Assembly (NCBI GenBank): GCA_964016885.1
Contig: OZ024742.1
Coordinates: 252,278,001-252,342,000, forward strand
DNA length: 64,000 bases
Source: Eledone cirrhosa
Lineage: Eukaryota
Reading direction: 5' to 3'
In this document: in pieces, positions 25,235 through 38,469 of the stretch
Layout: each line of letters begins with the position of its first letter
Position numbering within the stretch: position 1 is the stretch's first letter
Notes under the pieces: model-generated
The model's input: only the letters and a program-made list of their open reading frames with translations
Databases searched by the model: none
What the model was told of the DNA's origin: nothing
Translations under genes and position numbers: made by a program

Positions 25235-25480
25235 TCTTCTTTGCCCACAAATTCCTGAGAGGGTTGTTGGGGCTGAGTCCTCAATTACTACTTCCAGCAA
25301 TTCTTTCCTGAGGCATTCTAACCACACGCTTGTAATATCAGAGCTGTGATCTCTCAATTCAGAGAAGTAGTGGCTCTCCCTGGAGTGACACCCTGATCTC
25401 TGAGCTACAGACTCTGTTGAGTAACATTACTCCAAAGATCCTTCAAAAGAGCGCCATCTTGGCCACTTGTATTCACGATT
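25235..25480 (-). mobile_element. Rex3/Expander-like RTE 3' fragment
   Basis: Translates with stops to RVCSSEIRVSL..EPLLL*IERSQL*..RVVRMPQERIA. Confidence 0.75.
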
Positions 25481-25497
25481 GTATTCTTTCGGTCATT

Positions 25498-25562
<65 letters not shown>

Positions 25563-25593
25563 TTCTTCCTAATAATCGTCTTTTTCTCCCTGT

Positions 25594-25648
<55 letters not shown>

Positions 25649-26785
25649 TTTATATATATATATATATTTATATATCATCATCATCGTTTAATGTCTATCT
25701 TCCACGCTAGCATAGGTTAGACAGGAATTGTCCCATTTGAGGCAAGATTGGTCGGATGGCCGTGTCTCGCTTGTTAGGACTATCTGGCAGGTTTTCTATG
25801 GCTGTTGGCAGGTTTTCTATGGCTGGATGCCCTTCCTAACACCAACTACATTTACAGTGTGGACTGGGAGCTTTTTATCGTGTTACCTACACGACCACAT
25901 TACAGTACTTTTTCTTTTGTACGACCTCATTAGTTTGGACTGGACATTGTGGTACCAACATAACTTGTGCCTAGGTCTTGTGCCTAAAGTAGAAATCCTT
26001 ATTATTATTATTATTGTTTTTGTTGTAGTTGTAGTTGTATAAATAATTTCTGTTGGCATCTATAGATGGGTCTTTAGTTGTAGTGTAGTGGGAAGAGGGA
26101 GTGTGCTCAAGACATACATACATAATGGATACATATCGATTTTGAGAATTGCCATCACTTGATCTTTTTCTAACATATGGGTGGCATAAACATGGCTTTT
26201 TAGCCCTGCGAAAGGCTTATATTCGGCAGCAAAAGAAAAAAAAAAGGAGCATTTTTCGACTATGGTCAGCCAAGTTCATGCGACTCATGTGAAAAATGTT
26301 TAGATGAAATGATGCCTGTGCTTGAACCTTTTTAAAGTAGAGAAAAGCTTTGCACTGGACCAATCCTAAATATCTGAACATCAGGTTAACATCATTAGCT
26401 GCTACTGAATCGCAGATTTTACATCAGTGTTTTCCTTATCCTCGAGTGATGACAATTAGTCCCTCACTCTCGGTTGGCTAACTTTATAGAGAAAGGGTGG
26501 TGTTGGCGGGAGTGGAAGGATGGAGTAGGTGTAGTGGGTGGGGGTGTATGTTTGGTTTAGAGGGGCCTACTGACTGTAGCTTAACCTTGCACATAGGAAA
26601 GGGAGGTCTTCTGTGTGGTGCCAAAGATCTTGATCTAGTGACATTGTCTCAGAGAGGTGCAAGTGTGCAAGGTCGGAATTTATCAAGTCGTCCGAGGTTT
26701 TTCTGGGTCTACCTACTCTGTAACTTCCATATATATATATTCAATGATATTAAATAAATGGAAACTATATTTATAAAACCATATT

Positions 26786-26850
26786 TATTTTATTATATAT
26801 ATTTCAAGGGTAACCAAGACAACATTGGTACGCTTTCATCAGATAAAATA
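26786..26850 (-). ncRNA. Type I hammerhead ribozyme motif
   Basis: tattttat CTGATGA aagcgtaccaa tgttgtc ttggttaccctt GAAA tatata TA ataaaata; 8-bp stem I. Confidence 0.82.
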
Positions 26851-26993
26851 CAAAGTTTGTTTTATAAATAGAGACATACCCATGAAAATCATACCTTATC
26901 GGTTGGAAATTCAGTGGATAGTCTATCCAGTGAATTTCCAACCAATAAGGTATGATTTTCATGGGTATGTCTCTATTTATAAAACAAACTTTG

Positions 26994-27049
26994 TATTTTA
27001 TCTGATGAAAGCGTACCAATGTTACCCTTGAAATATATATAATAAAATA
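26994..27049 (+). ncRNA. Type I hammerhead ribozyme motif (shortened stem II)
   Basis: tattttat CTGATGA aagcgta ccaatgt taccctt GAAA tatata TA ataaaata; predicted cut after 27041. Confidence 0.78.
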
Positions 27050-27183
27050 AATATGGTTTTATAAATATAGTTTCCATTTATTTAATATCATTGAATATTT
27101 ACTCCAGTAACTTGTTGAGTGCTCTAAATCAGTTATAAACATTTATGTTTGTCGGTCTTCCAACAAATTAAATACCACTTCTA

Positions 27184-27231
<48 letters not shown>

Positions 27232-27390
27232 ATAAAAAGAGATGAACACAGATATACATATATATGCTTTCAAATCACAAGGGACACAAACTGCCAGGCT
27301 GAAGCAAATACTGATTGAAGATAATACGGTTCACAAGACTCAATTAAAAGGATAAATTAAGATTTACAAACCGATTATGATAACTATCAG

Positions 27391-27466
27391 CATCCAGACA
27401 GCTTTGGGTAGAACTGTTTCGTAATTCAGAGGAGAGAGTTAAAGATCCAATGCTCTTCAGTGGATG
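27391..27466 (-). ncRNA. Type I hammerhead ribozyme motif with GUC site
   Basis: catcca CTGAAGA gcattgga..tctgaattac GAAA cagtt ctacccaa agctg TC tggatg. 6-bp stem I, extended stem III, imperfect stem II. Confidence 0.8.
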
Positions 27467-27514
27467 TTCGGATCAGTAAACACTCCATGACTAATTTCCT
27501 TAGAAGACTAAATA

Positions 27515-27697
27515 ATTGTTTCTACTTTAGGCACAAGGCCAGCAATTACCCAGTGCATTACTGGTACTTTATTTTATCGACCCCGTAAGGATGAAAGGCA
27601 AAGTCAACCTCGGCAGGATTTGAACTCAGATCGTAAAGGGACGTAACTATGCTGGAAAGCATGGCGTCCGACCCTCTACTGATACTGCCAATCCACC
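27515..27697 (-). mobile_element. SINE family A, full length
   Basis: tRNA-like head with A and B boxes, conserved core, agtagaaacaattatt tail. Confidence 0.85.
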
Positions 27698-28009
27698 AAA
27701 CTAAATAATGTGCATTGTTAAGAGAGAGAAATCGCACATGGTATCGCGTGCCTAGTGGGTCAAATAGAGTGTTATATATTTATATGTATTATAGAGATGT
27801 GTAAAATCCCAACTGCGGTTCCAAGTGATTTTGGCTTGTGTGTTCAGCAAGCCTTTTCAATGCCTAAAGCACAAGACAAAACTGCATGGCACTGCAGTCG
27901 TGATTTTACATATCTCTATACCCACTCTACATCTCCCCATGTATCAAGTACTCACATGATTAGTGGATTACTCAGTCTCAGCACCGCAGACTCTATTTAA
28001 ATATATATC

Positions 28010-28863
28010 ATCTGTAGAAACAATAGACAGCTTCTGCTACCTAGGTGACCGAATTATCAGCGGAGGTGGGTGTTTGGAAAGTACAATAACTAGGGTAAGA
28101 ACGGGATGGAAGAAGTTCAGGGAGCTACTGCCACTGTTAGCTGCAAAAGGCTTTTCCCTCAAAATGAAAGGCAGACTGTATGATGCGTGTATACGAACAG
28201 CAATGTTACATGGTAGTGAAGCCCGGGCATTTCTGTAGAAGACTTGCGTAGATTAGAAAGAAATGAGCCTGCATGTCTCGATGGATGTGTAATAGTAATA
28301 TACAAAGTATAAACGAATTGAGAGAGAGATTGAGCATCAGAGGAATCAAATGCTGTGTGCAGGAGAGGAGATTACGTTGGTATGGACATGTGATATGTAT
28401 GAAGGACGACAGCTGCATAAAAAGGTGCAGAGGACTAAAAGTTGATGGAAGCCGCGGAGTGGGGAGACCCAAGAAGACCTGGGATGAGGTGATATTAGGC
28501 TGACCTTACCCAATTACACCTCTCAAGAGCAATGACACACGACCATGACCTCTGGTGTCACGCAGTAATATAGAAGACCCGACCCCCCACAGGAACAAGC
28601 CGAAACTGAAGCATATAGACAATATGCCCCCACACCCTCCCACTGCAAAGTGGTCGTGGAGGTGCCACGGCAAAAAAGCACCCAGCCCACACTGTAAATG
28701 AGGTTGGTGTTAGGAAGGGCATCCAGCTGTAGAAATCAAGCCAAAATCAGTTCCTGTATGAGCAAGACGAGGTCAGCCGACTGGACACTGCTCACAACAG
28801 GACAATCCGTCTAACCCATGCTAGCGTGGAAGAACGGATGTAAAACGATGATGATGATGATGA
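28010..28863 (+). mobile_element. 5'-truncated RTE LINE
   Basis: [30 protein letters not shown], 3' UTR, (ATG)n tail. Confidence 0.92.
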
Positions 28864-28939
<76 letters not shown>

Positions 28940-28941
28940 TA

Positions 28942-30850
28942 TACTGTAGTAAAAGTTAGGTGGAAATATCCAAGGGTAAGAGCACTCATTCTAGGACATC
29001 TTCCACCTAACTTTTACTACAGTAATCAGCTCCAGAAACTTATTGTGACCAGCAGATTCTTACACGAATGTATGATTGGCAAACCACTTTAAACTGTTGA
29101 GCACTATATATATCTGAGTACCCAATGCAACGTGAAGATGGACCTCCATGAGATTGATTATTCCCTGAAGAATATACCGAACCCTTCACGCAGGACTTAC
29201 TCTAAACTCCTTCTCCATAAGGTTGAAGATGTGGTCAAGTGATTGAGATGAAGAACATTGGCCTTTGATGGAATGCTGTCAAATTCTGCCAATATTTTCA
29301 ACCTCAAGTCTAGAAAGTACCCACCTAAGGTAAATGAACTTGCTAGCTTTGAGGCTGATCTTCTTCATCTTGTTGCTAACGTTTCTTTCCACAAACAATC
29401 CAATTCTTTTCAAAACAAAATAAGTAGAAACATTAAAAACTTCAGATCCTCTGATGGAGCGTTTGTCCTATTTGATAAAATCAACAACCTGTATAAATTA
29501 GATCAGTCCACCTATAACCAACTTCTTAACAACTTCTCAGGCAAAATACAAAAAAGCTGACACTGTTACCTATTATGCCATGAATACTGAGGCGAAGGAT
29601 ATAGCCTCCACCCTTAGAGTAGATAACAAGTTAGAGTGCTTGGTTAGGAGAGAGGCTTATATTACCCTTAAGGACCATAAGGATGACTTTGCCAACAAAC
29701 CAATTTGCAGACTCATAAACCCTGCTAAAACAAAGCTAGATCTTGTTAGTAAGGATATACTTTGGAAAATTAATATAGCCATTAGGAAACAGTCATACCT
29801 TAATCAGTCAACCGTTATAGATTGGTTTAATGTCCTCAAACACATTAAGAAAGCTAGGTTTACACAATTTGATATTATTGACTTTTACCCCTCAATATTC
29901 ACAACCTTACTTGATAAGGCCCTTGATTTCGCTACTAAATTTACTAACATAGATGATTTGGACTGATTAAACATAATCCACTGCAGGGAAACCCTCCTCT
30001 TTAGCAACAGTGACCTGCGGATAAAACATCAACTACCAATAACTTATTCAATGTACTGATGGGATCATTTGACAGCATTGGTATATGTGATCTGGTGGGC
30101 CTGTTTATTCAAGACACTATACAGAATAAATTCCCTAACTTCCATACAGGCCTATATTGTGATGACGGTCTGGCACTATCCAGCCATAAAAGTGGCCATG
30201 ACCTGGACACCTTTAGGAAAAACTTAATCGCTACCTTCAACAGCCTAGGTTTAAAAATTACGATAGCCATTAATCGCACCAATGTCAACTTCCTAGATAT
30301 TAACTTAGACCTACAGACATGCACATATAGACCATTTTACAAACTCAATGAGAAACTTTGGTACATCGATAAGGACTCTAGCCACACACCCCTATAGTTT
30401 TCAAAAACCTTATTAACAACATTAGTAAGAGGGTTTCCAACTCCTCCTCTAGCAAAGTCATCTTTGATAGGGCAGCACCCTACTATAATTCAGAACTGCG
30501 TAACAGTGGCTTCTCCAAAAAAATTGCGTACTCTCCAGATCACCGCCCTACATCTAATAAGAAAAAACCTTGACATAAAGATGTCATATGGTTTGCACCA
30601 CCTTTCTCACTTAATAAACGAATGAAGGCAAAACATTCCTAGGCCTCATAGATCTCCATTTCCCTGGTAGCCATAAATACCGAAAGATATTTAATCGCCA
30701 TGCAGTAAAAATAGGATACTCTTGCACCAACAATGTTAGATCCTACATCATTGGCAAACACAAAAGCCCTCCACCATACGGATGCTCATGTAGAAGACCT
30801 GAAACATGTCTACTAGACCAACAGTGCAACACTCTGGTGGTGATACACCA
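28942..30850 (+). mobile_element. Decayed Penelope-like element (Naiad-like RT), 3' part lost
   Basis: ATG 29138 MDLHEIDYSLKNIP; CRLINPAK, FDIIDFYPS, MGSFD, GLYCDDGL, FLDINLDL, KIFNRH, CSC..C..C; 5' inverted repeat 28942-29024. Clade assignment is from recalled motifs. Confidence 0.88.
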
Positions 30851-31111
30851 ATGCGTGGGTGGAATAGCGACATCACAACTAGCGGTTGAGGACAAAATGA
30901 AGACATGCGGACACCCACCGGAACCAAGCTGACAAAGCAGGTTGGATACGCAGATAGAGCAGACAACCAACTGGTGACAGGTAAATAAACACATAAGAGG
31001 ATAAATAAGGGCACACATGTGGTGCATGCACAGACTGGGCACATAGCATGTGGCGCACAGGGACAAGATGGTGTAGGACTGAAAAAAAGAGAGACATAGA
31101 ATAAAAACCTA

Positions 31112-31154
31112 GTCACTGAGGGGGTCACAGAATGTGTGACAAAAGAGCTTTGAC
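31112..31154 (+). ncRNA. Degenerate minimal hammerhead (family of 54096-54138)
   Basis: gtca CTGAGGG g GTCACA gaatg TGTGAC AAAA gagc TT tgac; two core substitutions. Confidence 0.6.
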
Positions 31155-32292
31155 AATATATAAAGAACCATCCAGTTATCGAACTAACCAACCGGAAATT
31201 TATAATAAATTGAAGTGAAAACCAACAGGTGCATGTGTTTTAAATGGCAGCATGACCCTCCCAAAGTATAACAATATATATATATATATATATATATAGG
31301 TTTGGAAGGATTCTTCAGATGTGCCAGAAGCATAACAACCTCTCTAGTGATGGTGAGTAAATGATGGTGAGCATGCAGTAAAGTGGTTGATGATAGGAAG
31401 GGCCTCCAGCCGTAGAAAACCTGTCAAACAAAAGCCAGAAGGACTCTTCTCCTGTATCATTGATAAGGCAACTCCCTTAGTGTTGGTGGCATGATAAAAT
31501 GCCCTCCGTAAAGTGTGGGATCTTATGAAAATAAGATGCAAATCTCTGGCCTATCTGAGCAATCAATTGAGTATGAGAATGTATGTAGCTCCTCTGTCTA
31601 CCTAAGAAACTAGTTGCTTTGCTTGTATAGTGACCAGTCTGTGATGACACCTCCCTTGCTGACAGGGATAACAGATGATGGTGATGATGATAAGACTCAT
31701 ATATGATAGACTTCAGATGTTTTAAAGTCAAAATTTACATATAGGATTTTATTGTTACAGTTACAGTTTGTTATAAAATTTGTGTGTAGATATTAAAGAA
31801 TAAAACTTATTTATATATGTAAATTTTTAAAACTGACAATACATATAAGTTTAACCACCCACAAAGTATACATACATATATCCTAAATAACAGACATTAA
31901 ATGATGATGATTATGACTGACAATTGTTTTAACAATATTGACTGTATGTAATACAATAATGACCTATAGCTACATCTAAGAAAAATTTGCAAAATGGCAT
32001 TTCAGTAACATAAAATTAGATGGCTAAAAATAAAACTAAAATGGAAAAAAAATCCCAGATATTTCTAATGATATTTATTTGTCTTCAAAAATATCTAGCC
32101 AAAACATAAAGGAAAATATATTTAAAAAAAGGGCATGAGTACCAATAAAATTAGCGATGTTATAATCAGATGCCACAATACAAAATTATAGTCTTTTATA
32201 ACATTCTTATGCAGGCAGTGCTGCAATTATTATGCTATTAAAGCCACTGGTTACTGCTAGTAGAAATTTGTGGGTCTCTATCTTGGCTATAA

Positions 32293-33450
32293 ATCATTGA
32301 AAATTTGGTTGATTTATTGTCTGAATTAATTCTACCAGTTGTTTATTTGTATGGATTGCATGATACTTTGATTTCATAAACTTCATTTCAGACTAATAAC
32401 AATGATTCATAGCAGTGTATATATTAAGCTGAAATCTAAGATTATACTCACTTTAGCTTTCTTCAGTTCAGAACTGAACTGAATTGTAGACTAAGATTTG
32501 CGGATCATTTTTAGATCCATGTCATTCTGAAATTCCATTAATTCAATTTTCTCAGCAGATAATTCTGTAACTGAGAATTTGACAACCATCTTTGACCACA
32601 TTGACCATAAATAGAATAGTAAGAAAAGCAAAGCAAAGCTTCTGCAAATCATCAAACCAAGCTAAGAAAATATAAAGCAGTCCTTGTAATATTTAAAAAA
32701 TTAAACTGTAAAACAGTATTATAGTTTACCTTTACAGGTAATTTTATTTATGGAATTATATCATGTCAATACAGTTTAATAGAAAAAGAAAAAAGAAAAT
32801 TTATATTGAGAAGAATGGAATGTAAAATAGAAAAATATAAAGAAAAAAGAGAGGAAGAAAAAAATGTAAAAGGGAGGGAATGACAAGGACTCTAGTGTCA
32901 CAGAAGGATGGGGAAGGGAGAGGGGAAGGATGATTGGGCTCTGAGATTAGGGCACAGCAGTAAAGGGGCTGCACCTTGCATTCCCACGGACAATGGCCGG
33001 CAACACCCGCTGCATAAATCAGCTCACTTCGCAGAGCTCCTTCCTCAGATGGGCCACTGATGTTCCGATCTTGCGAAGGAGCTCAATTGTGCGGAGTCCA
33101 AGTACATTCTATTTTGTGCTTCTTTTATTTCAATATTCTGGAATGTATTTATTCTTCTACTAAGATTAAGAAAATGATTGAAGTTTCTTAAAAAAAATTC
33201 TATTTTATTCTGAAAGCTGCAGATTGTCTGAGTAATATGAGAAACAATCCAATTCTTACACTGGAGTGCCAAGTTGTAGATAATTCATTATATCAGTGAG
33301 AAACATCAGATCAATGACTGTTCAGTTTTGGTTATAAATTCAGTTTTCCTGTCTATTCCAGTACATTCATATTTGTTTGCTCAAAGAAAAATTGGATTGA
33401 TAAGGTCCGTATAAAGTTGTTCGCTTGACTTTCTACATAATGTTACAAGT
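32293..33450 (-). pseudogene. hAT (Charlie/GTF2IRD2-like) transposase fossil
   Basis: DLMFLTDIMNYL, LALQCK..QTICSFQNKI, IELMEFQNDMDLK, MKFMKSKY; many stops; split by an insertion. Confidence 0.75.
32960..33106 (-). mobile_element. CRE-clade non-LTR C-terminal fragment
   Basis: VLGLRTIELLRKIG..EVS*FMQRVLPAIVRGNARC resembles the QR.S.A..RGNA end of CRE-type restriction-like endonuclease domains. Confidence 0.7.
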
Positions 33451-34012
33451 GTGTATATGTTTCTATTGTTAATAACCTATCTCGAGTTGAGCTTGCATGT
33501 CTTCTACATAAACTAAAACATTATGTAGAGAAATATGTATCAATTAGGATTTTTTCAACACACTGATGCATATGTGCATATGTGTGTATGAGTATATATG
33601 TATATCATACATTTATATGTATAAATGTAAACACGCAAACACAGATACACTTACAAAAATACACGCACACAGAAATACATTCACACAAATGCATATATAT
33701 TCACACAAACACACACATACATTCACACAAACACACACATACATTTACACAAACACACACATACATTTACACAAATATACATATATTCACATACAGTGTA
33801 GCAAATGGAATGCCAGCCACTGTTTTGCTATAGATTTTTCACCACTCCCTTCTTTCCTTTTACACACACGTACATTCACACATTGTGTGACAGACAGACG
33901 GATGGAAGTTGCTCAAATTTATATATAGATTGCATAGAATTATAAAAATGTCCTTCATTATCCATCAATTAATCATGAAATCTATTAATGATTTCAACTT
34001 TAAGACTATTAA

Positions 34013-34299
34013 CCCTTTTGCTACCATATTTTTAATGGAATACATAGTATTTCAATAAACTAATGAATGATTTGGAAGAATTAAAAAAATTCTAAAATTA
34101 TTGAAGCACATGTGAATTAGAATACGGTGGCAATTGAAAATTTTGAAAATAGAATTAAAAGCTTTCACCATATATTGACTACAGAAAATAGAATGATATC
34201 AATTATGTCGAAAGATTTTAATTTAAATAGAAGCCCCTTAAAATGGATGGTTGTTTAACAGAAATAGAGCCAGTTTTGGGTGGGTTGGTAGCAAACAGG
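34013..34299. mobile_element. piggyBac-type MITE
   Basis: TTAA|cccttttgctacca ... tggtagcaaacagg|TTAA. Confidence 0.75.
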
Positions 34300-34324
34300 T
34301 TAAAAACACAGATCATTATCTCTA

Positions 34325-34446
34325 CTAACTGAGTTCGAATCCCGCCGAGGTTGACTTTGCCTTTCATCCTTACGGGGTTGATAAAATAAAGTACCAGTAA
34401 TGCACTGGGTATTTGCTGGCCTTGTGCCTAAAGTAGAAACAATTAT
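34325..34446 (+). mobile_element. SINE family A, 5'-truncated
   Basis: gagttcgaatccc, core and tail. Confidence 0.85.
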
Positions 34447-36232
34447 CTGTACTAACTGTCCGATGTTAAGGTTATGGTTGTTTCTTGAATTTTTAAAAAT
34501 TAAAAAATTCAAGAAACAATATAGGGCACATATAAATAAAGATGTTACATCTTGAACTTATCTGGAAATCAAATATCAGACAACATTTAAATTGTGAACA
34601 TAGTGTGACTGTTCTTCACCGATGATATCTTCCATAAACAGATTTCTCAGATGATTATCTGACATACATTACACTGCTTGCAGTACAAGTATTGTTATAT
34701 ACATTACAAAACAAGAGAAACAGCTATATTAGTGTTACTTCTTTTGTTTTTTAAACCATATAGCATGCTACTTACACATCCCCAACCCCTACCAATGCCC
34801 CCCCCCCCCTCTGCCTGACCAAGTATACTGAGCACCCTAGTGTTATAATGAGGTAGTGCTGGTGTCATGATTAAACCCATCCAACCCACCCTGTAAAATG
34901 ATAGTACTGGTGCCACAACAAAAGCACCCAGTCCACCCTGTAAAGTGGTAATGCTGGTGCCACTACAAAAAAAAACAAAAACAAAAAAAAACAGTCCACT
35001 CAGAGTCATGATAAAATGTTCCTAGTACATGCTGTAAAGTGGTTGGTGTTAGGAACGGCATCCAGTCATAGAAACCATACTCCCACTACATGCTTTAAAG
35101 TGGTTGGTGTACACAAGGGCACAGCAGCGTGCAGAGCTCTGGTGATGCCCGGGGAAAATCTTTATTATATGCCCCAAAGACTCGAGCATAAGGCATAATT
35201 TACTGAGAAATATTATGAAAAAGGAAAACATTTTGAATATATAAACACAGATAAAACATGAAATAATACATTTGATTGATTTATAATAAAATTGAATAAA
35301 GCATTTAAGTTCTTTTCCCCAAATGATGCCCGGGGCCAACGCACCGTATTAAACCATAGAAATTAAGTTAAAATTTGAGTGTACAAACAAGTCACGGTCA
35401 CCTGACTGGCTTGACTTCAGCATGCAACAACCTGTCTAACTCATGCTAGCATGGAAAATAAACATTAAACAGTGGTGGTGATGATGATAACGATGATGAT
35501 GATGATGGACCATGATCAAAACTTTTCCCGTCATTACCATGCTGTCTTTCTCCTAGATATAGAACAACAGGAACCACATTATCCACAGTATCTTTCTTTT
35601 CTTAAGTTTTGTAAAATTATTTTTTGGTTGGTTGTGGGGTGGGGATTTGGCTGCTGTTTCTAGTAAGTCAACAAACTGTGTAGAGACTCCCAGTTATCTT
35701 AGCTATATTGTTGTTGTATGTTGGATATGAGCAGTTAATGTAAGTTGATAATGAAATCCAGAACATTTGGATTGTTTATACAGAAGACGACCTTTTCTTT
35801 ATTTTTTATCCAAATACAGAAGAAATGACACATAACAAAATCAATGTAACCAAGAGCAATGTATATTTGAATGAATGCTGGCTGTTTCTAAATATCTATA
35901 GATTGAATATCTACATTTAACACTTTTGTTGTTGAAATATCTGAGAATTTTAAAACAGTCTGCTAGGTCACAAAGTTTTAGTGATTTCATCATAACATTG
36001 TGTAAACTCTTTCATAATAGAATCAACTTATTGATTTATTTATTGCAAGTCATTGTTTCTAGAAATAAAATAATGTTCTTTCTCAATAGCTATCTTATAT
36101 TGTTTTGGTTGCCTTTCCTTTCTTTCTTTCCTTTTTCCTTCTTTTTGTTTTTGTTTTTTGTTTTTCTCAAACAATTTTAAAAGTAAAATTTATCATAAGC
36201 AATCAGATTTTTCTTCCTTCTACAGAAAAGGG

Positions 36233-37787
<1,555 letters not shown>

Positions 37788-38265
37788 AATGTAGAGTTTT
37801 ATATTATTCCAAGTAAAAAACATTGGTTGATCAATCAACCAAATGTAGTGTAAACAGATATAAGCACTCCGTGATGTGAATACCTTAAGGTTATTACCTA
37901 TAAGGTATCAGACAGAGTATATATATATATGGTGTTAGGAAGGGCATCCAGCCATAGCAAACCTGTCAGACAGCCCTATACGAGCGAGACATGGTCACCC
38001 GACCAATCTTGCCTCAAGTAGGACAATTCCCGTCTCAACCCATGCTAGCGTGGAAGATAGACGTTAAACGATGATGATGATGATGATGATGATGATGATC
38101 AGAAAAGAGTCAAGACCCTGATGGCTGAGGGTCGGCGTCCTGATTCTGTTCCTATTACCCACTCTACTACCCTAAGTATCAAGTACTTTGGTGCACTATC
38201 GTCCACCTGGTTTCTTACCACACTTTCTTTGTTATTTTTTTTTTTTCATTTTATGTCCGCTTTTC

Positions 38266-38335
<70 letters not shown>

Positions 38336-38469
38336 GTGTGTGAATCCTAGGTTCAATGCGGGGTAATCACAGTAAGGTACTCAATATATTAGTAGAGTGT
38401 AAACATCAGGAAAGCTTTCCTGATGTTTACTGATCATCTTGCTTTGTATAGGCATTTGCCACTATAATC

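Larger units (their letters stand above)
26737..27098. repeat. Long inverted repeat (~175-bp arms) with an HHR in each arm
   Basis: Centre about 26921; arms reverse-complementary apart from a 9-bp indel and a few substitutions. Confidence 0.95.

Noticed and set aside
26804-27031. Near-identical ORFs on both strands (MVRFHQIKY...)
   Set aside because: A consequence of the palindrome; no protein motif.
29230-29260. In-frame TGA codons in the PLE as selenocysteine
   Set aside because: They fall at expected Arg/Trp positions in a copy with many other lesions.
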